DNA of 64,000 nucleotides from Pristiophorus japonicus (GCF_044704955.1 NC_091999.1:63984001-64048000), one strand, 5' to 3'; shown: positions 23,962-39,029, counted from the first letter of the stretch. A program made the numbers and translations. The notes: a model not told the origin generated them from the sequence alone.

Positions 23962-25217
23962 TATGAATATTCATCATTTTATTCCAATCGTAAATGGACA
24001 GACAGACATATCGATAGATAGACAGTTAGATAGACNNNNNNNNNNNNNNNNNNNNNNNNNNNNNNNNNNNNNNNNNNNNNNNNNNNNNNNNNNNNNNNNN
24101 NNNNNNNNNNNNNNNNNNNNNNNNNNNNNNNNNNNNNNNNNNNNNNNNNNNNNNNNNNNNNNNNNNNNNNNNNNNNNNNNNNNNNNNNNNNNNNNNNNNN
24201 NNNNNNNNNACATATATACAAACATATAGTGAATGTTGTTGATATAAATTATGACATATAGAGCAATATATAGGTAGACATGCAGACAGACAGACAGTCA
24301 GATACAGAGAACGGTACAGTGATGCAGAGAGATCGATAATACTTTTCACAAATCATTTTAATATTTTAAGAGACTAATGAGTAGCCTTGAGTACAGATGG
24401 ATAGATTACCATGGTGAATGAGTGTTTGTTTGCTGTTCGTGTTAAGAAAATGGAAAAGGCTCTTTGTAAACATGAGGGTATGGAAATCTCAACGTGCAGT
24501 GGCATCTGATCTACAGCAATGTGGCATTGGGTACCAGAGTCTGTAATACTATAATTGAGAAAGGGAGACATGACATGAGCTGGAGATCTCCCTCTGTACT
24601 GACTTCTGATCTACAGCAGTTTAGGACTGGTCCCGGGACCGTTATATTATAATGCTGAAGGGGTGGAGGGGTGGGGGTGGGGGGGGTTGCCTTGTGTAGT
24701 GAAACCTGATAAAAAGTAGTGAGCGATTTGACTAAAATATGTAGACAAATCATGGTGGTGGGAGGGGGTGCGGCAGAGAATTGAATATCAGTGAGTACAG
24801 ACACTTGAACTACTGAAGGTTGGGACGGGGTGTCAGAGTCTGTAATAATATAATGTCAGGAGATGGAAATCTTAATGAATACTGAACTACTACGGGGCAG
24901 TTCAATTCGTACTAATCTTGCCCCATAGCCATTTACATCTTTATTTTTGAAGAATATATCAAGGTAATTATGAAGGTTACTAATAAAATCTGCTTCCACC
25001 TCCCTCTCAGACAGTGCATACCCTGTCACAATATCGCGCTGCACAAAAATGCCTCCTAATTTGCCATCTCTTTTAATACCGATTAACTTAAATCGATATT
25101 GCCTGGTTACGATCCTTCCTCCAGTGGAAACTGTTCAGTTTAATTTACTCTATCGATATCTTGTCTAATATTGAAGACCACTATCAAATCTCCACGTAAT
25201 CCTCTCTGCTCAAGGCG

Positions 25218-25660
25218 TCAGCGTTTGCTCAGCAGTCGCACCCGCACCTCTGACATCAGAAGGTTGTGGGTTCAAGTACCGCTACAACGATTTAAGCACA
25301 TAATGTAGTCTGGCACGCCAGTGCATTGCTGAGGGAGTGCTGCACTGTCGAACGTGCCGTCTTTCTAATGAGATGTTGGTCTGAGGTTTTCCCTGCTCTC
25401 TGATGTGAATACAAAAGAACCCATGGCAGGGGAATTTTCCTGGTGCTCCGGCTAATATTTATCCCTCACCCACCATCATTAAAGTACATTATATGCTCAT
25501 TTATCTCATTGCTGTTTGTGGGGTCTTGCAATGCATCGATTGGCTGCTGCGTGCCCTACAATGAACAGTGGCTTAACTTCAAAAGTACTTCATTGATTCT
25601 AAAGCGTTTTGAGACGTCCTGAGCTCATCAAGCACGCTAAATTAATTCGTTATTTATTTC
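25218..25660 (+). mobile_element. tRNA-derived SINE (DeuSINE/SacSINE-like)
   Basis: tRNA-like head with B-box ggttcaagtacc, then gagggagtgctgcactgtcg..gccgtctttc core and L2-like tail. Confidence 0.7.
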
Positions 25661-25789
25661 CTTTCCACACGCAAACAAGAAAAAATCTCCTTCCCTTCAC
25701 CCTTCCCCCACTCCATCAGGGCCTACCCATTGGTTTGAGTAGAAACCTCTTTCCACACACTGCCAAGAGCCAGGGCTACTCTTCGCGGT

Positions 25790-26845
25790 CTCACGCTGTT
25801 AACTGGTGTTCCATAAGTATCTATCCCTGGCCCCCAGATATTTCTCATCTAAACGGCGCCCGTCGGGGCCGTCATCCAAAAACACAATATCACGTTCCAC
25901 ATATATGCTAACGACACCCAGCTCGACCTCACCACTACCTCTCTCCACCCCACCAGTTTCTCTAATTTGTCAGGCTGCTTTTGTGACATACGGTATTGGA
26001 TGAGCAGAAATGTTCTCCAACAAAATATTGGGAGTACTGAAGCATCGTCTTTGCTCTCGCCACAAACTCCGTTCCATAGCCACCCACTCCATTCCTTTCG
26101 CTGGCGTCTGACTGAAGCTGAACCAGTCTATCTGCAATCTTGGGATCGTATTTGACTCCGAGATGAGCTTCCAACCACCTTTGCGCTCCATCACCAAGAT
26201 TGCCTATTTTAACCTCAGTAACCTCGCTATACACCACTCCTACCTCAGCTCATCTGCTGCGGAAACGCTCATCCATGCCTTTCTTATCTCCAGACTTCAT
26301 TATTTCAACGCTCAGATGGATGTGCTCCCATCTTACACCCTCTATAAACTTTACCATATCAAAAGCTCGGCTGCCCGTGCCCTAACTCACACCGACCCGC
26401 TCCTCCATCACTGACCTTCATTCGCTCTCGTTCCGGAAAAATCTCCATTTAAAACTCTCATTGTTTTTTTAATTCATCCCTTTCTCGCTAAGCTCTGTAA
26501 CCTTCTCCAATACAACAACCCACCGACATCTGTGCACATCTCTAAATCCCGGCCTTTTGCGCATTCTCTTTGTTAATCACTCAACATTGGTGGCCGTACA
26601 TATAGCTGCGTAGTTCCTCAGCAAAATAATTCCTCCTTAAACTTCTCCACCTCTCGACCTCGCTCTCAGTCTTTAAGACGCTTGCTTAAGACCTACATCT
26701 TTGACCAAGCTTTTTCTCATCCATCCTAATTTCTTCTTATGAGGCTCGGTGTCAGATTCTGTTTAATAACTCTCCTGTGTAGCACCTTGGGACGTTTTTC
26801 TTGGTTAATGGCGCTACATTGACATAAGTTCTTGTTGGTGTTGAC
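25790..26845 (+). mobile_element. L2-clade LINE 3' fragment
   Basis: YANDTQL (YADDTQL), AETLIHAFLISRL.Y.N, and ggcgctac..gttgttg-type tail. Confidence 0.8.
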
Positions 26846-27199
26846 AGACGAGGAACGCATTGCTATAACCTTGAATTAGTAGATTGTGGTGTTTTTAAAA
26901 AATTAAATGGTTCGGCTCTTTAACATATACATTCAGAGTTTATTGACTGCCAATTTTAGAATTACAACATTCACAGATTCAAACAACATTTCGCAGCAAA
27001 CAGCAGGTAAAGAAACAGACAATGAGAATTAGTATCTATGTTGAGAACCTGATCGCATTTCTCCTTGATGAAGCAACTAATTAATAAATTGTTTACTTTG
27101 ACCAAATGCAAGTGTCCACATATAGAATCTGGGATATGAACCAAAATTTTATAGCGGCACAAACTGAAGCCATTCATTCAGATCGGAATTACTGATTGC

Positions 27200-27990
27200 A
27201 ATTTTGCCCCTTGTGTGATCCTGTCCCCTCTCTCTCCAGAGCCGTATATAAATATCAATCTAATCCCACAGCCGCGCTCATTCCTCATCGTGCTGTATAA
27301 ACCGAAACTAATCATACAGCCACTCTCTCTCGGAAGCCCGATACCAATTGCAAACTAACACCAATGCGCCTCTTTCCCCAGATTCATGTAGGAATTCTAA
27401 TCTAATCCCACAGCCTCGCTCATTGCCTATACCCCAGTTACAATCCCAAACTAAGTATGCTTTCTTCTATTTCCCTATATTCGTCGAACTATTCCACTGC
27501 ATACTCTCCACAAAGCTCTGTATTACTGAAAAACAAATTGCTCTTTCCCCTCTTTCCCCATATTTCTGCATCAATTCAAAACGAATCCCACTGTCCAGCT
27601 CACTCCTCATTGCCCTGTACAAATCCCATGCTAATCCGACAGCCCTCTCTCTCCCCACAGCCCTCAATCTCACCCAAACTGCTCCTGCTGCCCCACTGTC
27701 TCCCCATAACCCTGTATCAATCCCAAACTAATCGCATGGCCCCGCTCTCTCCCCACAGCCCTGTATCAATCCCACACTAATCACACTGCCACACCCACGC
27801 AACATAGCCCTTTATCAATGCCACAAAAATCAAACTGCCCACCCAAGCACCATAGCCTTTATCCATCCGAAACTAACCTCAGTGTGCCACTCTCTCCCTC
27901 TGGTCGTATATGAATCCCAAACTAATGCCACTGCCATGCTCTCTCCTGGCTCTCTTCACGTAGCCTTCTATCAACGCCAAACAATTCCCA
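27200..27990. repeat. Degenerate ~50-bp minisatellite
   Basis: Recurrent ctctctccccacagccctgtatcaatcccaaactaatc units. Confidence 0.75.
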
Positions 27991-28814
27991 CTGATCCATC
28001 ATGAAGGAAGGGAAAAAGCACATGGACCTGCTCCATGCAGTCGCTATTTTCCAATTGAGGAACATGGGTGGAGACTCGGTAAAATCAAGTCCCCACATCA
28101 ATTCTAACCATATACCATCCCGAAATACTTATGCCTTCCTATTGCCTCCCCGCCCTGTCTACACACAGCATGTCTTAAATTTTATCGTCTTCCATCAGTG
28201 AATTATTTGGTCCCATAACTAGATCTACCGTATGCAAACTGCATGTGAAGCACCACTGCTGGCTTGGAGTCGCCGGAAACGTTACAGTAGGTCACCAGCA
28301 ATGAGGTCCAGTAGTCCGAGGTTCGCTCGTGACTTCCGATATTCAGCAGCAGATTGCTCGTGGCGTTGCCCAGGTCAAATTGATGCATGCAATTTGTTTT
28401 CATATACTCAAAATGGCAACACATTTGGGATCGAGACAGTAGAAACGAAGTGGCCTCGTAGTGAGTCTCAGCAACTACAACTACATTTAATAATGCACAA
28501 TTGAATGAAAAATGTTGATGTAGCAATTTGCAATGGGAGATGGTGAGAGAAAAGCATGATCGAGAGATAGANNNNNNNNNNNNNNNNNNNNNNNNNNNNN
28601 NNNNNNNNNNNNNNNNNNNNNNNNNNNNNNNNNNNNNNNNNNNNNNNNNNNNNNNNNNNNNNNNNNNNNNNNNNNNNNNNNNNNNNNNNNNNNNNNNNNN
28701 NNNNNNNNNNNNNNNNNNNNNNNNNNNNNNNNNNNNNNNNNNNNNNNNNNNNNNNNNNNNNNNNNNNNNNNNNNNNNNNNNNNNAGATTGAGAGATAGAT
28801 CGATAGATAGATCC

Positions 28815-29026
28815 CTACCGCAGAGAGTTCTTAATGCCAGTTCATTGAAATTATTCAAGAGAGAGTTAGATATAGCCCTTGTGGCTAAAGGGATCAAGGG
28901 GTATGGAGAGAAAGCAGGAAACGGGTTCTGATGTGAATGATTATCCATGATTATATTGAATTGTGGTGCAGGATGTAAGGGCCGAATGGCCTACTTCTGC
29001 ACCTATTTTCTGTGTTTCTATGTTTC
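28815..29026 (+). mobile_element. CR1 3' end fragment
   Basis: gggatcaaggggtatggagagaaagcagg..ttctatgtttcta. Confidence 0.85.
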
Positions 29027-32000
29027 TATCTCCCATTTCCTCCCGCCACCCCAATTGGATGTGATTTCTGGGGTAAAATTCGATAGAGATAGACGGGGTA
29101 CAGTTGACCCCCACCTATTGGGGAACTGGGTAGGCCAATGGTCCTGAGCTATGTTATTACAGTGCGACAAATATTCATATTAGATCCGGTGTCAGTCAAC
29201 ACAGAGATTTTCAGCAGTGACTTCCTCTCACTACATTTGTATATGACTGGTCCCCACTGCCACGGTGCAGTAGATCAGCTGTCAGTACACAATAAGATTT
29301 CCATACCCTGATGATAAAGCTCAGCATTTTCTACATTCTTAATCCGAACTACAAAAAGAGATAGGGTTTTATTCAAAATAATTCAGATATCCGTCCATTC
29401 ACATTCTTGTTCTAATCTTTCAGATTGAACTTTTATCAATCAACCAAATTGTTCAATGCATCAATATCTTTCTATCTATCAGTCTGCCCTATAATCTACA
29501 TAGAGCTCTATTTGTCTTAATTTCATAACTTATATCAACAACTCTCTCTATATGTTNNNNNNNNNNNNNNNNNNNNNNNNNNNNNNNNNNNNNNNNNNNN
29601 NNNNNNNNNNNNNNNNNNNNNNNNNNNNNNNNNNNNNNNNNNNNNNNNNNNNNNNNNNNNNNNNNNNNNNNNNNNNNNNNNNNNNNNNNNNNNNNNNNNN
29701 NNNNNNNNNNNNNNNNNNNNNNNNNNNNNNNNNNNNNNNNNNNNNNNNNNNNNNNNNNNNNNNNNNNNNNNNNNNNNNNNNNNNNNNNNNNNNNNNNNNN
29801 NNNNNNNNNNNNNNNNNNNNNNNNNNNNNNNNNNNNNNNNNNNNNNNNNNNNNNNNNNNNNNNNNNNNNNNNNNNNNNNNNNNNNNNNNNNNNNNNNNNN
29901 NGGCCTTCACGGTACACGACACTAAAAACATCCCAATAATAGACAACAAAGTGGAAATGGGGAGGAGGAAACTTAAAACATTTCACTTAAGAAAAAGTAT
30001 TTGTTAGCATAATGGGACTAAATTTTCACAAGTCGCCTGGAACTGATGGTCCGCATCCTCGGGTCTTAAAAGAATTGGCTGCAGAGATATTGGATGCATT
30101 GTTTGCATTCTACCAAAATTCCCTGGATTCTGGAGATATCGCAATGGATTGGAAAATCGCAAATATAATGGTGCTATTTAAAAAATGAAGACGACAGAAA
30201 AAAGGACATTATACACTGGTTAGCCTAGCATTTGTCGTGGGGAAAATGCTCGAATCCTTTTGTAAGGAAGTAGTAGCATTGCATTTGCAAAAGCATAATA
30301 CATTCAAGCAGAGTCAGCATGATTTTTTTTAAAGTAAATCATGTTTGACAAATATTCTGGAATTATTTTAGAATGTAACTATCACGGTGGATAAGAGGGA
30401 ATGAGTGGATGTTGTGTATTTTGATCTCCAGAAGGCATTCGATCAGGTGCCACATAAAGGTTACTGCACACGATACAAGCTCAGGGGGTCGGTGATAATA
30501 TATTGGCATGGACAGAGGATTGGCTAACGAACAGAAAATAGAGAGTCGGGATAAACGGGTCATTTTACTTTGGGAAAACCGCAATTCATGGGATGCTACA
30601 GTGATCAGTGCTATGGCCTCAACTATTTACAATGAAGATTAACGATTTGGATGAAGGAACCATGTGTAATGTCGCCACGTTTGCTGTTTATACAAACATG
30701 GGCGGGAAAGCATGTTGTGAGGAGTACACAACGAATATAAAACGGGATATAGACAGGCTAAGTGAGTGGGAAAAGATTTTGCAGATGGTGCATAATGTGG
30801 GAAAAAGTGAGGTTGTCCACTTTGGCATGAACCATAAAAAACAATTTAATATTTTAATAGAGAAGGACTACAAAATTCAGCAGTACAGAGGGACCTATTT
30901 CTCTATCCCTCTGTGAACAAACATTTGGTTTCGATCTTCACGGTACAAGACACTAAACACATCCCAATAATAGACAATAAAGTGACTATAGGGAGGAGGA
31001 AACGTAAAACAATCACTTTCACGAAAGAAAATGTATTGGGTAAAATAATGGAACTAAAGTTGGACAAGTCGCCTGGAACTCATGATCCGCATCCTCAGGT
31101 CTTAAAAGAAGTGGCTGCAGAGATATTGGATGCATTGTTTGCAATTTACCAACATTCCCTGGATTCTGGAGAGATCCCAACGGATAGAAAAATCGCAAAT
31201 ATAACGGTCCTATTTTCAAAAAGTAAGATGACAGAAAGCAGGAAATTAGACACTAGTTAGCCTAACATCTATCGTTGGGAAAATGCCACAGTCCTTTAGT
31301 AAGGAAGTAGGAGCATTGCATTTGGAAAAGCGTAATTCATTCAAGCAGAGTCAGCATGATTTTTTTGAGAAGTAAATCATGTTTGGCAAATATACTTGAG
31401 TTCTTTGAGGATGTAACTATCAGGGGAGACGAGTGGCTGTGCTGTATTTGGATTTCCAGAAGGCATTCGATCAGTTGCCACATAAAAGGTTACTGCACAG
31501 GAGACAAGCTCAGGGGGTCGGTGGTACTATATTTGCATGGATAGAGGATTGGCTAACTAACAGAAAACAGAGAGTCGGGATAAACAGTTCATTTTACGGT
31601 GGGCAACGGTAACTAATGGGGTGCCACAGTGATCGGTGCTATGGCCTCAACTATTTGCAATCTATAATAATGACATGAATGAATGAATGCAGTGTAATGT
31701 GGCCAAGTTTGTTGATTAAGCAAAGGTGGGTGGGAAAGCATGTGGTGAGGAGGACACACAGAATCTGCAAAGGGATATAGACAGTGTAATTGAGTGGGAA
31801 AATATTGGGCAGATGGGGCATTATATGGGAAAGTGTGGCAGGAACAACAACAAAAAAATTAATATTTTAATAGAGATGGATTTAAAAATGCCGCAGTACA
31901 GCGGGACCTGAAGTCTTGAGCATGAAACACAAACGTTAGTATGAATGTAAGGCAAGTAATCAGGAAGGCAAATTGAATGTTGGCCTTTATTGCAATGGGG

Positions 32001-35000
32001 ATGGAATATAAACGTAGGAAAGTCCTGCTACAACTGTACAGGATATTGGTGTGACCACACCAACAACACTTCGTTCAGTTTTGGTCTCCTTATTTAACGA
32101 GGGATATACTGGCATTGGATGGAGTTCAGAAAAGATTCACTAGTTTGAATCCTGAGATAAATGTGGTGACTTATGAAAAAAGGTGGAGCAGGTTGGATCT
32201 ATACAAATTGAGGATTAGAAGAATGAGATGTGAACACGTTGAAACATATAAGTTGCTGAGGGTGTTCGACAAGTTAGATGCAGAGAGCATGCTTAACTAT
32301 CTATCTACCTCTCCGTTTTCCTCTGCCACCCCAATTGGATGCGAATTCTGATGTGAACCTCAATAGTATACAAGCATTGGTGGGATGAGTGTTCGATTCA
32401 CCCCTGGAACTTGAGGTGAAATGCAAACGCGGACAAGGGGATGAAGTTCTGCTCTATCTATTGGTGGATAGCATGTGTCAGTAGCTCAGTGACTTCCGTT
32501 TGGAGACGGGATCAAATTCATACACAGATAGACGGGATATAGTTGTCCTCCCTCTATTGGGGGACTGGTTAGGGCAATGTTCCTGGACTTTGTTATTACA
32601 GATAAACACGTGTTCATATTAGATCCAGTGTCAGTTGACACAGATATTTTCATCTGTGACTTCCTCACACTACATTTGTACATGACGAATCCCCATAACC
32701 ACAGTGCAGTAAATCATGTGTCAGTACATACTGAGATTTATATCTCCTGACTTCCTCCCACAGTATTAGTGTATGATTAGATCTCATTGACATTGTGCAG
32801 TAGATCAGGTGTCAGCACACAATAAGATTTCCATACCCTGATGATGACACTAAGCATTTTACACATTCTTAATCAGAACTTCAAACAGAGATAGGGTTTT
32901 ATTCAAAATAATTCACAATTCATCTGTTCACATTCTTATTCTACTCCTTGGGATTCAACATGACATTTGTCAATCTACCAAATTATTTATTGCATCAATA
33001 CCTTTCGATCTATCAGTCTGTCCAATAATCTACATATTGCACTCTCTGTCCTAATTTATATCAACAACCCTCTCTATAATGTTGTACATATATNNNNNNN
33101 NNNNNNNNNNNNNNNNNNNNNNNNNNNNNNNNNNNNNNNNNNNNNNNNNNNNNNNNNNNNNNNNNNNNNNNNNNNNNNNNNNNNNNNNNNNNNNNNNNNN
33201 NNNNNNNNNNNNNNNNNNNNNNNNNNNNNNNNNNNNNNNNNNNNNNNNNNNNNNNNNNNNNNNNNNNNNNNNNNNNNNNNNNNNNNNNNNNNNNNNNNNN
33301 NNNNNNNNNNNNNNNNNNNNNNNNNNNNNNNNNNNNNNNNNNNNNNNNNNNNNNNNNNNNNNNNNNNNNNNNNNNNNNNNNNNNNNNNNNNNNNNNNNNN
33401 NNNNNNNNNNNNNNNNNNNNNNNNTCACACACAATCCCTCGCTCTTTTTCTCCATCTATCCATCTATCTACCTTTATATGTACATATCTACCTATCCATC
33501 TATCTATCTCTCTATCTATATATGAACGAATATTTGTTATCGGTCTTCACGGTACACGATACTAAAAACATCCCAATATAGAAACATAGAAACTAGGTGC
33601 AGGAGTAGGCCATTCGGCCCTTCTAGCCTGCACCGCCGTTCAATGAGTTCATGACTGAACATGCAACTTCAGTACTCCATTCCTGCCTTCTCGCCATACC
33701 CCTTGATCCCCCTAGTAGTAAGGACTTCATCAAACTCCTTTTTTAATATATTTAGTGAATTGGCCTCAACAACTTTCTGTGGTAGAGAATTCCACAGGTT
33801 CACCACTCACTGGGTGAGGAAGTTTCTCCTCATTTCGGTCCTAAATTGCTTACTCCTTATCCTCAGACTGTGTCCCCTGGTTCTGGACTTCCCAACATTG
33901 GGAACATTCTCCGTGGATCTAACCTTTCTAAACCCATCAAAATTTTAAACGTTTCTATGAGGTCCCCTCTCATTTTTCTGAACTCCAGTGAATACAAGCC
34001 CAGTTGATCCAGTCTTTCTTGATAGGTCAGTCCCGCCATCCCGGGAATCGCCGCACTCCCTCAATAGCAAGAATGTCCTTCCGCAGGTTAGGAGATCAAA
34101 ACTGTACACAATACTCCAGGTGTGGCCTCACCAAGGCCCTGTACAATTGTAGCAACACCTCCCTGCCCCTGTACTCAAATCCGCTCGCTATGAAGACCAA
34201 CATGCCTTTTGCTTTCTTAACCGCCTGCTGTACCTGCATGACAACCTTCAATGACTGATGTACCATGACACCCAGGTCTCGTTGCACCTCCCATTTTCCT
34301 AATCTGTCACCATTCAGATAATAGTCTGTCTCTCTGTTTTTACCACCAAAGTGGATAACCTCACATTTATCCACATTATACCTCATCTGCATGCATTTGC
34401 CCACTCACATAACCTATCAAAGTCGCTCTGCAGCCTCCTGGCATCCTCCTCGCAGCTCACACTGCCACCCAACTTAGTGTCATACATATATTTGGAGATA
34501 CTACATTTAATCCCATCGTCTAAATCATTAAGGTACAATGTAAACAGCTGGGGCCCCAGCACAGAACATTGCGGTACCCCACTAGTCAATGCCTGCCATT
34601 CTGAAAAGTACCCATTTACTCCTACACTTTGCCTCCTGTCTCACAACCAGTTCTCAATCCATGTCAGCGCACTACCCCTATCCCATGTGCTTTAACTTTG
34701 CACATTAACCTCTTGTGTGGGACCTTGTCGAAAGCCTTCTGAAAGTCCAAATATACCACATCAACTGGTTCTCCCTTGTCCACTCTACTGGAAACATCCT
34801 CAAAAAATTCCAGAAGATTTGTCAAGCATGATTTCCCTTTCACAAATCCATGCTGACTTGGACCTATCATGTCACATCTTTCCAAATGCACTGCTATGAC
34901 ATCCTTAATAATTGATTCCATCATTTTACCCACTACCGGTGTCAGGCTGACCGGTCTATAATTCCCTGTTGTCTCTCTCCGTCCTTTTTTAAAAAATGGG

Positions 35001-38000
35001 GTTACATTGGCTACCCTCCACTCTATAGGAACTGATCCAGAGTCAATGGAATGTTGGAAAATGACTGTCAATGCATCCACTATTTCCAAGGCAACCTTCT
35101 TAAGTACTCTGGGATGCAGTGCATCAGGCCCTGGTGATTTATCGGCCTTCAATTCCATCAATTTCCCCAACACAATTTCCCGACTAATAAGAATTAACTC
35201 AGTTCCTCCTCCTTACTAGACCCTCTGACCCCTTTTATATCCGGAAGGTTGTTTGTGTCCTCCTTAGTGAATACCGAACCAAAGTACTTGTTCAACTGGT
35301 CCGCCATTTCTTTGTTCTCCGTTATGATTCCCCTGATTCTGGCTGCAGGGGACCCACCTTTGTCTTTACTAACCTTTTTCCCTTACATACCTATAGAAAC
35401 TTTTGCAATCCATCTTAATGTTCTCTGCAAGCTTCTTCTCGTAATCCATTATCCTTGCCCTCATCAAACCCTTTGTCCTCCTCTGCTAAGTTCTAAATTT
35501 CTCCCAGTCCCCGGGTTCGCTGCTATTTCTGGCCAATTTGTATGCCACTTCCTTGGCTTTAATACTATCCCTGATTTCCCTTGATAGCCACGGTTGAGCC
35601 ACCTTCCCTTTTTCATTTTTACGCCAGACAGCAATGTACAATTGTTGTAGTTCATCCATGCGGTCTCTAAATGTCTGCCATTGCCCATCCACAGTCAACC
35701 CCTTCAGTCTCATTCGCCAATCTATCTTTGCCAATTCACGCCTCATATCTTCAAAGTTAGCCTTCTTTAAGTTCTGGACCATGGTCTCTGAATTAACTGT
35801 TTCATTCTGCATCCTAATGCAGAATTCCACCATATTATGGTCACTCTTCCCCAAGGGGTCTCGCAAAACGAGATTGCTAATTAATCCTCTCTCATTACAC
35901 AACACCCAGTCTAAGATGGACTCCCCCCTAGTTGGTTCCTCGACATATTGGTCTAGAAAACCATCCCTTATGCACCCCAGGAAATCCTCCTTCACCGTAT
36001 TGCTTCACGTTTGGTTCGCCCAATCTATGTGCATATTAAAGTCACCCATTATAACTGCTGCACCTTTATTGCTTGCACCGCTAATTTCCTGTTTGATGCC
36101 CTCCCCGACATCACTACTACTGTTGTGAGGTCTGTACACAACTCCGACGAACGTTTTTTGCCCTTTGGTGTTCTGCAGCTCTACCCATATAGATTCCACA
36201 TCATCCAAGCTAATGTCCTTCCTAACTATTGCATTAATCTCCTCCTTAACCAGCAATGCTACCCCACCTCCATTTCCTTTTATTCTATCCTTCTTGAAAG
36301 TTGAATACCCCTGGATGTTGAGTTCCCAGCTCTGATCATCCTGGAGCCACGACTCTGTAATCCAAATCACATCATATTTGTTAAGAACTATTTGCACAGT
36401 TAATTCATCCAACTTATTACGGATACTCCTTGCATTAAGACACAAAGCCTTCAGGCTTGTTTTTTTAACATCCTTTGTCCTTTTAGAATTTTGCTGTACA
36501 GTGGCCCTTTTTGTTCTTTGCCTTGGGTTTCTCTGCCCTCCACTTTTCCTCATCTCCTTTCTGTCTTTTGCTTTTGTCTCCTTTTTGTTTCCCTCTGTCT
36601 CCCTGCATTGGTTCCCATCCCCCTGCCATATTAGTTTAACTCCTCCCCAACAGCACTAGCAAACACTCCCACTCGGGCATTGGTTCCGGTCCTGCCCAGG
36701 TAGGACAATAAAGTAGCTATAGGGAGGAGGAAACTTCAAACAATCAGTTTCACTAAAGAAAGATTATTGGGTAAAATAATAGGACTAAAGTTGGATAAGG
36801 CGCCTGGAATTGATGGTCTGCTTCCTCGGGTCTTAAAAGAAGTGGCTGCAGAGATATTGAATGGATTGGTTGCAATTTACCAAAATTCCCTGGATTTTGG
36901 AGAGATCCCAACAGATTGGAAAATCGCAAATATAACGGTCATATTTTAAAAAGTAAGACGACAGAAAGCAGGAAATTGTGCACAGGTTCCATTAGTAAGG
37001 TATAAGAAGCATTACATTTGGAAACGCATGACACATTCAAGCGGAGTCAGCATGCTTTTTTGAAAAGTAAATCATGTTTGGCAAATTTCCTTGAGTTCTT
37101 TGAGGATGTAATTATCAGGGTGATAAGGGGGTACGAGTGTATGTGCTGTATTTGGATGTCCAGAAGGCATTCGATAAGTTGCCACATAAAAGGTTACTGC
37201 AAAGGATACAAGCTCAGGGGGTCGGTGGTAATATAATGGCATAGATAGAGATTTGGCTAACTAAAGAAAAGAAAGTGTTGGAATAAACGGGTCATTTTAC
37301 GGTGAGCAAACGGTTACTATTGGGATGCCACAGTTATCGGTGCTATGGCCTCAACTATTTACAATCTATATTAATGAGTTGGTTGAAGGGACCGAATATA
37401 ATTTAGCCAACTTTGCTGATGACACAAAAATGCGTGGGAAAGCATTTTGTGAGGAGGACACAAATAATCTGCAAAGGGATATAGACAGGTTAAGTGAGTG
37501 GGAAAACATTTGGCAGATGGTGTATACATTGCGAAAGTGTGAGCTTATCCACTTTGGCACGAACAATAAAAAAGCAATGTAATATTTTAATGGAGATGGA
37601 TTACAAAATGCAGTAGTACAGAGGGGCCTGACGTCTTGAGCATGAAATACAAAAGTTAGTATTTATGTACAGCAAGTAATCAGGAAGGCAAATTGAATGT
37701 TGGTCTTTATTGCAAAGAGGATGGAAGTTAAACACAGGGAAATCCTGCTACACTGTAGTGGTTATTCGTTTGACCACACCAACAGTACTGCATACAGTTT
37801 TGGTCTCCTTATTTAAGGATGGATATCCTGGTTTTGGAGGCAGTTCAGAAAAGTTTCACTAGTTTGAATCCTGTGATAAAAGGGGGGACTTATGAAAATA
37901 GGTTGATCAGGTTTGATCTATACACATTGGGGATTAGAAGAATGAGAAGTGATCACATTGAAACATATAAGTTACTGAGGGTGTTCGACAAGGTAGATGC

Positions 38001-38990
38001 AGAGAGTATGTTTAACTATCAATCTAGCTGTCCATTTTCGTCCGCCCACCCGAATTGGATCCGATTTCTGATGTGAATCTCAATAGTATACAAGCATTGG
38101 TGAGATGAATGTTTTACTCAACCCCAGAACTTGAGGTGAAATGTAAACGCTGACAGGGGTTGAAGGACTGCTATTTCTAATGGTGGACAGGACGTGTCAG
38201 TAGTTCAGTACCTTTATTTGGATCTGGATTCAAATTCAGACACAGATAGACGGGATACAGCTGTCCTCCCATATTGGTGGACTGGGTAGGCCAATGTTCC
38301 TGAGCTATGTTATTACAGAGTGACAGTGTTCATCTTCGATCTGGTGTCAGTCGATACTGATATTTTCATCTGTGACTTCCTCACACTACATTTATACATG
38401 CCTGCTCCCATAACCACCGTGCAGTAAATCATGTGTCAGTACATACTGAGATTTATATCTCCTGACCTCCTCCCACAATATTAGTGTATGATTAGTTCTC
38501 ACTGCCATTGTGCAGTAGATCATGTTTCAGCACACAATATGATTTCTATACCCTGATGATGACACTAAGCATTTTCCACATTCTTAATCCGAACGGAAAA
38601 CTGAGATGAGCTTTTATTCAAAATAATTCGCTATCCTTCTGTTCACATCCTTGATCTACTCCTTGGCATTCAAAAGGAATTTTGTCAATCAACCAAATTG
38701 TTTATTGCATCAATACCTTTCTATCTATCAGTCTGCCCAATAATCTACATATTGATCTATCTATATTAATTTATATCAACAACTCTCTCTATATGCTTGN
38801 NNNNNNNNNNNNNNNNNNNNNNNNNNNNNNNNNNNNNNNNNNNNNNNNNNNNNNNNNNNNNNNNNNNNNNNNNNNNNNNNNNNNNNNNNNNNNNNNNNNN
38901 NNNNNNNNNNNNNNNNNNNNNNNNNNNNNNNNNNNNNNNNNNNNNNNNNNNNNNNNNNNNNNNNNNNNNNNNNNCCATCGATCTGTCCAT
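29027..38990 (+). repeat. Local tandem amplification (about 3 units of degenerate CR1 RT + unique block + GATA/N run)
   Basis: Unique block at 29027-29555, 32290-33093 and 38010-38800; the CR1 part restarts at cttcacggtac at about 29905, 30936 and 33545. Confidence 0.75.
33577..36700 (-). mobile_element. CR1 LINE covering the ORF1 end and all of ORF2 (decayed), same family as 59094-63714
   Basis: Tail at 33577; endonuclease CLNARSIRNK..GDFN; RT; host CR1 resumes at about 36702. Confidence 0.95.
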
Positions 38991-39029
38991 CTATGCACAT
39001 ATCTATCTATCTGTCTATCTATCTGTCTA

